A stretch of 64,000 nt of DNA. Source: the human T2T-CHM13v2.0 reference genome, Homo sapiens. The position numbers and the translations under genes are program-made. This document shows, in pieces, positions 56,501 through 64,000 of the stretch. The stretch lies in NCBI RefSeq assembly GCF_009914755.1, contig NC_060933.1, one strand, 5' to 3'. The notes under the pieces were generated by a model. That model did no database searches. It was given only the letters and a program-made list of their open reading frames with translations, and had not been told where the DNA came from. Position 1 is the first letter of the stretch. Each line of letters opens with the position of its first letter.

Positions 56501-57859
56501 CCATTCCATTACATTCCATTCCATTACAATCGAGTTGATTCCATTCCATTCCATTCCATTCCAGTCTTTTCCATTCCATTCCTCTCGGGTTGATTCCATT
56601 CTATTAGTTTCCATTCCATTCCATTCCCTTCCATTCCACTCTGGTTGATTCCATTCCTTTCCATTCCACTCGAATACATTCCGTCCTATTCCACTCGGTA
56701 CGATTCCATTCCATTCAATTCCATTCCATTCCATTCCATTCCATTCCATTTCGTTCCATTCCATTCTATTCCGTATCATTCCATTCCATTCTATTCCGTA
56801 TCATTCCATTCCATTCCATTCCCTTCCATTCCATTCCATTCCATTCCATTCCATTGTACTCGTGTTGATTCAATTCCATTGCATTCCATTCCATTCCATT
56901 CCATTCCATTCCGTTGCATTCCATTCCATTACATTCGGATTGATTCTATTCAACTCCCTTACTCTCCATTACATTCCATTCCATTCGGGTTGTTCCATTC
57001 CATTCCATTCCATTCCACTCCATTCCATTGCACTCGGGTTGATTCCATTCCATTCCATTCCATTCCATTCCATTCCATTCCATTCCATTCGATTCCGGAT
57101 GATTCCATTCCATTGCATTCCGTTCCATTCCATTCCCCTGCACTCGCGTTGATTCCATTCCATTCCATTCCATTCCATTCCATTCCATTCCTTTCCATTC
57201 CATTACGGATGATTCCATTCCATTGCACTCCATTCCATTCCATTCCCCTGTACTCGGGTTGATTCCATTCCATTCCATTCCAATCCATGCCATTCCACTC
57301 GTGTTGATTGCATTCTTTCCATTCCATTCAAGTTGAATCCATTCCATTGCATTCCATTCCATTCCATTCCCCTGCAGTCGGGTTGATTCCATTCCATTCC
57401 ATTCCATTCCATTCCATTCCATTGCATTCCGTTCCGTTCCATTCCATTCCATTCCATTCTATTCGGTTTAATTCCATTCCATACCATTCGATTGCCATCG
57501 AGTTGATTCCATTCCATTCCATTCCATTCCATTCCATTCCAGTCCTTTCCATTCCATTCCACTCTGGTTGATTCCAATGTATTCCTTTCCATTCCATTCC
57601 ATTCAATTGCAATCGAGTTGATTCCATTGCTTTGCATTCCATTCCATTCCATTCCCCTGTACTCGGGTTGATTCCATTCCATTCCATTCCATGCGATTCC
57701 ACTCGTGTTGATTCCATTCTTTCCATTCTATTCAAGTTGAATCCATTCCATTGCATTCCATTCCATTCGATTCCATTCCATTGCACTCGGGTTTATTCCA
57801 TTCCATTGCATTCCATTCCGTTCCATTCCATTCCATTCCATTCCATTCCTCTGCACTCG

Positions 57860-59380
57860 CGTTGATTCCATTCCATTCCATTCCGTTCCGTTCCGTTCCG
57901 TTCCATTCCATTCCATTCCATTCCATTCCATTCCATTCCTTTCCGTTCCGTTCCATTCCATTCCATTGTATTCGGGTTAATTCCATTCTATTGCATTCGA
58001 TTGCAATCGAGTTGATTCCATTGCATTCCATTCCATTACATTCCGTTCCATTCCATTCCATTACATTCTATTCGGGTTAATTCCATTCCATTCTATTCCA
58101 CTCCATTGCAGTCCTTTCCATTCCATTCCACTCGGGTTGATTCCATTCTATTCCTTTCCATTCCATTCCATTCCATTGCAATCGAGTTGATTCCATTCGA
58201 GTTGAATGCTTTCCATTCCATTTCATTCCATTCCATTGTACTCGGGTTGATTCCATTCCATTGCATTCCATTCCATTCCATTCCATTCCATTCCGTTCCA
58301 TTCCATTCCATTCCATTCCATTCCAATCCATTCCGTTCCATTCCATTTCATAACATTCAGATTGATTCTATTCAATTCCCTTACACTCCATTATATTGCA
58401 CTCCATTCTGGTTGTTTCCATTCCATTCCATTCCATTTCACTCCATTCCATTGCACTCGGGTTGATTCCCTTCCATTCCATTCCATTCCATTCCGGATGA
58501 TTCCTTTCCATTGCATTCCATTCCATTCCATTAGCCTGCACTCGTGTTGATTCCATTCCACTCCATTCCATTCCATTCCATTCCATTCGATTCCATTCCA
58601 TTCCAATTCTTTCCATTCCATTCTATTCCGTACCATTCCATTCCATTCCATACAATTCCATTCCATTCCATTCCATTCCATTCCATTCCATTCCATTCCA
58701 TTCCGTTCCGTTCCGTTCAGTTCCGTTCCATACCATTCCATTCCATTCTATTCGGGTTAATTCCATTCCATTCCATTCCATTCCATTCCATTCTATTCCA
58801 TTCCATTGCAATCGAGTTGAATCCATTGCATTCCATTCCATTCCATTCCATTCCAGAAGATTCCATTCCATTGCATTCCATTCCATTCCATTCCCCTGCA
58901 CTCGCGTTGATTCCATTCCATTCCATTCCGTTCCGTTCCGTTCCGTTCCATTCCATTCCATTCCATTCCATTACATTACATTCCTTTCCGTTCCGTTGCA
59001 TTCCATTCCATTGTATTCGGGTTAATTCCATTCTATTCCATTCGATTGCAATCGAGTTGATTCCATTGCATTCCATTCCATTACATTCCGTTCCATTCCA
59101 TTCCATTACATTCTATTCGGGTTAATTCCATTCCATTCCATTCCACTCCATTCCAGTCCTTTCCATTCCATTCCACTCGGGTTGATTCCATTCTATTCCT
59201 TTCCATTCCATTCCATTCCATTGCAATCGAGTTGTTTCCATTCGAGTTGAATCCCTTCCATTCCATTCCATTCCATTCCATTGCACACGGGTTCATTCCA
59301 ATCCATTGCATTCCATTCCATTCCATTCCATTCCATTCCATTCCATTCCATTTTACTCGGGTTGATTCCATTCCATTGCA
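57860..59380 (+). repeat. Diverged ~400-bp atypical segment duplicated at ~1045-bp offset
   Basis: TTGTATTCGGGTTAATTCCATTCTATT 57966/59011, TTACATTCTATTCGGG 58061/59106, TTCGAGTTGAAT 58196/59241. Confidence 0.75.
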
Positions 59381-60799
59381 TTCCATTCCATTCCATTCCA
59401 TTCCGTTGCATTGCATTCCATTACATTCGGATTGATTCTATTCAACTCCCTTACTCTCCATTACATTCCATTCCATTCGGGTTGTTCCATTCCATTCCAT
59501 TCCATTCCACTCCATTCCATTGCACTCGGGTTGATTCCATTCCATTCCATTCCATTCCATTCCATTCCGGATGATTCCATTCCATTACATTCCGTTCCAT
59601 TACATTCCCCTGCACTCGCGTTGATTCCATTCCATTCCATTCCATTCCATTCCATTCAATTCCTTTCCATTACAATTCGTTCCATTCCATTCTATTCCGT
59701 ACCATTCCGTTCCATTGCATACCATTCCATTCCATTGCATTCCATTCCGTTCCATTCCGTTCCATTCCATTCCATTCCATTCTATTCGGATTAATTCCAT
59801 TCCATTACATTCCATTCCATTCTATTCCATTCCATTGCAATCGAGTTGAATCCATTGCATTTCATTCCATTCCATTCCATTCCATTCCATTCCGGAAGAT
59901 TCCATTCCATTGCATTCCATTCCATTCCATTCCCCTGCACTTGCGTTGATTCCATTCCATTCCATTCCATTCCATTCCATTCCATTCCGTTCCGTTCCAT
60001 TCCATTCCATTCCATTCCGTTCCGTTCCATTCCATTCCATTCCATTCTATTCGGGTTAATTGCATTCCATTCCATTCGATTGCAATCGAGTTGATTCCAT
60101 TCCATTCCATTCCATTCCATTCCATTCCATTCCTTTCCATTCCATTACGGATGATTCCATTCTATTGCATTCCATTCCATTCCATTCCCCTTTACTCGGG
60201 TTGATTCCATTCCATTCCATTCCAATCCATGCCATTCCACTCGTGTTGATTCCATTCTTTCCATTCCATTCAAGTTGATTCCATTCCATTGCATTCCATT
60301 CCATTCGATTCCATTCGATTGCACTCGGGTTGATTCCATTCCATTGCATTCCATTCCATTCCATTCGATTCCATTCCATTCCATTCTGTTCCATTCCATT
60401 CCATTACATTCGGATTGATTCTATTCAATTCCCTTACACTCCATTACATTACATTCCATTCGTGTAGTTCCCATTCCATTCCATTCCATTCCTCTCCATT
60501 CCATTGCACTCGGGTTGATTCCATTCCATTGCATTCCATTCCATTCCATTCAATTCTATTCCGTTCCATTCCATTCCATTACATTCGGATTGATTCTATT
60601 CAACTCCCTTACTCTCCATTACATTCCATTCCATTCGGGTTGTTCCATTCCATTCCATTCCATTCCACTCCATTCCATTGGACTCGGGTTGATTCCATTC
60701 CATTCCATTCCATTCCATTCCATTCCATTCCATTCGGGAAGATTCCATTCCATTGCATTCCATTCCATTCCATTCCGTTCCGTTCCATTCCATTCCATT

Positions 60800-63700
60800 C
60801 CATTCCATTCTATTCGGGTTAATTCCATTCCATTCCATTCGATTGCAATCGAGTTGATTCCATTCCATTCCATTCCATTCCATTCCATTCCATTCCTTTC
60901 CATTCCTTTACGGATGATTCCATTCCATTGCATTCCATTCCATTCCATTCCCCTGTACTCTGGTTGATTCCATTCCATTCCATTCCAATCCATGCCCTTC
61001 CACTCGTGTTGATTCCATTATTTCCATTCCATTCTAGTTGAATCCATTCCATTGCATTCCATTCCATTCGATTCCATTCGATTGCACTCGGGTGGATTCC
61101 ATTCCATTGCATTCCATTCCATTCCATTCCATTCCATTCCATTCCATTCCATTCCGTTCCATTCCATTCCATTACATTCGGATTGATTCTATTCAACTCC
61201 CTTACTCTCCATTACATTCGATTCCATTCGGGTTGTTCCATTCCATTCCATTCCATTCCTCTCCATTCCATTGCACTCGGGTTGATTCCATTCCATTGCA
61301 TTCCATTCCATTCCATTCAAATCCATTCCGTTCCATTCCATTCCATTACATTCGGATTGCTTCTATTCATCTCCCTTAGTCTCCATTACATTCCATTCCA
61401 TTCGGGTAGTTCCATTCCATTCCATTCCATTCCACTCCATTCCATTGCACTCGGGTTGATTCCATTCCATTCCATTCCATTCCATTCCGGAAGATTCCAT
61501 TCCATTGCATTCCATTCCATTCCATTCCCCTGCACTCGCGTTGATTCCATTCCATTCCATTCCATTCCATTCCATTCCATTCCATTCCTTTCTGTTCCAT
61601 TCCATTCCATTCCATTCCGTTCCGTTACGTTCCATTCCATTCCATTCCATTCTATTCTGGTTAATTCCATTCCATTCCATTCGATTCCAATCGAGTTGAT
61701 TCCATTCCATTCCATTCCATTCCATTCCATTCCATTCCATTCCTTTCCATTCCATTACGGATGATTCCATTCCATTGCATTCCATTCCATTCCATTCCCC
61801 TGTACTCGGGTTGATTCCATTCCATTCCATTCCAATCCATGCCATTCCACTCGTGTTGATTCCATTCTTTCCATTCCATTCAAGTTGAATCCATTCCATT
61901 GCATTCCATTCCATTCCATTCCCCTGCAGTCGGGTTGATTCCATTCCATTCCATTCCATTCCATTCCATTCCATTCCATTCCGTTCTGTTCCATTCCATT
62001 CCATTCCTTTCTATTCGGGTTAATTCCATTCCATTCCATTCCATTCCATTCCATTCCATTCCATTCCATTCCATTCCAATCGAGTTGATTCCATTCCATT
62101 CCATTCCATTCCATTCCATTCCATTCCATTCCACTCCATTCCAGTCCTTTCCATTCCATTCCACTCGGGTTGATTCCAATGTATTCCTTTCCATTCCATT
62201 CCATTCCATTGCAATCGAGTTGATTCCATTGCTTTGCATTCGATTCCATTCCATTCCATTCCGGATGATTCCATTCCATTGCATTCCATTGCATTCCATT
62301 CCCCTGCACTCGGTTTGATTCCATTCCATTCCACTCCATTCCGTTCCATTCCATTCCATTCCATTGTATTCGGGTTAATTCCATTCCATTCCATTCCATT
62401 CCATTCCATTACAATCGAGTTGATTCCATTCCATTCCATTCCATTCCAGTCCTTTCCATTCCATTCCACTAGGGTTGATTCCATTCTATTAGTTTCCATT
62501 CCATTCCATTCCCTTCCATTCCACTCTGGTTGATTCCATTCCTTTGCATTCCACTCGAATACATTCCCTCCTATTCCACTCGGAACGATTCCATTCCATT
62601 CCATTCCATTCCATTCCATTCCATTCCATTCCATTTCGTTCCATTCCATTCTGTTCCGTATTATTCCATTCCATTCCATTCCATTCCATTCCATTCCATT
62701 CCATTCCATTCCATTCCATTCCATTGTACTCGGGTTGGTTCCATTCCGTTGCATTCCATTCCATTCCATTCCATTCCATTCCATTCCATTCCGTTGCATT
62801 GCATTCCATTACATTCGGATTGATTCTATTCAACTCCCTTACTCTCCATTACATTCCATTCCATTCGGGTTGTTCCATTCCATTCCATTCCATTCCACTC
62901 CATTCCATTGCACTCGGGTTGATTCCATTCAATTCCATTCCATTCCATTCCATTCCATTCCGGATGATTCCATTCCATTACATTCCGTTCCATTACATTC
63001 CCCTGCACTCGCGTTGATTCCATTCCATTCCATTCCATTCCATTCCATTCCATTCCGGAAGATTCCATTCCATTGCATTCCATTCCATTCCATTCCCCTG
63101 CACTCGCGTTGATTCTATTCTATTCCATTCTATTCCATTCCATTCCCTTCCTTTCCGTTCTATTCCATTCCATTCCATTCCATTCCATTCCATTCCGTTC
63201 CGTTCCGTTCCATTCCATTCCATTCCATTCCATTCTATTCGGGTTAATTCCATTCCATTCCATTCGATTGCAATCGAGTTGATTCCATTCCATTCCATTC
63301 CATTCCATTCCATTCCTTTCCATTCCTTTACGGATGATTCCATTCCATTGCATTCCATTGCATTCCATTCCCCTGTACTCGGGTTGATTCCATTCCATTC
63401 CATTCCAATCCATGCCCTTCCACTCGTGTTGATTCCATTATTTCCATTCCATTCTAGTTGAATCCATTCCATTGCATTCCATTCCATTCGATTCCATTCG
63501 ATTGCACTCGGGTTGATTCCATTCCATTGCATTCCATTCCATTCCATTCCATTCCATTCCATTCCATTCCGTTCCATTCCATTCCATTACATTCGGATTG
63601 ATTCTATTCAACTCCCTTACTCTCCATTACATTCGATTCCATTCGGGTTGTTCCATTCCATTCCTTTCCATTCCACTCCATTCCATTGCACTCGGGTTGA
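60800..63700 (+). repeat. ~450-bp segment duplicated at ~2420-bp offset (60.8-61.25 kb / 63.23-63.67 kb)
   Basis: Private variants CCTTTACGGATG (~60905/63325) and GATTCCATTATTTCC...TTCTAGTTG (61011/63431). Confidence 0.75.
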
Positions 63701-64000
63701 TTCCATTACATTCCTTTCCATTCCGGAAGATTCCATTTCATTGCATTCCATTACATTCCATTCCCCTGCACTCGCGTTGATTCCATTCCTTTCCATTCCA
63801 TTCCATTCCATTCCATTCCATTCCATTCCATTCCGTTCCGTTCCATTCCATTCCATTCCATTCCATTCCATTCCGTTCGTTCCATTCCATTCCATTCCAT
63901 TATATTCGGGTTAATTCCATTCCATTCCATTCGATTGCAATCGTGTTGATTCCATTCCATTCCATTCCATTCCATTCCATTCCATTCCATTCCATTCCGT

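Larger units (their letters stand above)
1..64000 (+). repeat. Human satellite 3 (HSat3 / Sat III) tandem array, (CATTC)n on +, (GGAAT)n on -; HSat3B-type, probably pericentromeric 9q12-like
   Basis: Continuous CCATT pentamers from base 1 to 64000 in one orientation, interrupted every few tens to ~150 bp by ACTCG[G/C/T]GTTG, AATCGAGTTG or ATTCGGGTTA. The reverse complement CAAC(C/A)CGAGT is the established Sat III terminator decamer. The family call is secure; the subfamily/chromosome call is inference (about 0.6). Confidence 0.98.

Noticed and set aside
25-63990. Hundreds of ORFs of 60-352 aa (IPFHS repeats on +, MEWNG repeats on -)
   Set aside because: A stop-free pentamer translates to the same pentapeptide in every frame. 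The ORFs overlap in all six frames, have no domain content, and indels are multiples of 5 rather than 3. They are artefacts, not CDS.
1-64000. CRISPR-like repeat/spacer pattern (conserved words separated by stretches)
   Set aside because: The 'spacers' are themselves CATTC runs rather than unique sequences, and there is no leader or cas gene.
1-64000. Strand inversion, or Alu/L1/other insertion within the array
   Set aside because: No run of GGAAT longer than one pentamer on + and no non-satellite island was seen.

Overview
The whole 64-kb window is one uninterrupted array of human classical satellite 3 (HSat3/Sat III). The + strand is (CATTC)n and the - strand is (GGAAT)n, punctuated by the Sat III 'terminator' decamer ACTCGGGTTG (= CAACCCGAGT) and its variants. 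This fits the HSat3B group, most plausibly the 9q12-type array, but the chromosome is not proven from sequence alone. I found no genuine genes, RNA genes, transposon insertions, CRISPR arrays or strand inversions; every listed ORF is a translation artefact of the pentamer (IPFHS/MEWNG repeats). I cannot support a novel protein-coding system. The structure worth attention is non-coding: (i) about 50 perfect three-unit heat-shock elements (aTTCc-gGAAn-aTTCc) made by one inverted pentamer inside a fixed-geometry ~55-bp cassette; (ii) a modular, branching grammar of cassettes rather than a single monomer; (iii) nested local higher-order repeats (~11.97 kb built from ~8.5 + ~3.46 kb, ~3.6 kb with an internal ~1.2 kb, ~5.75 kb, ~1.05 kb, ~2.4 kb) that divide the window into sub-domains with private variants; (iv) near-strict conservation of the 5-bp register. 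Counts and boundaries were read by eye and are approximate.
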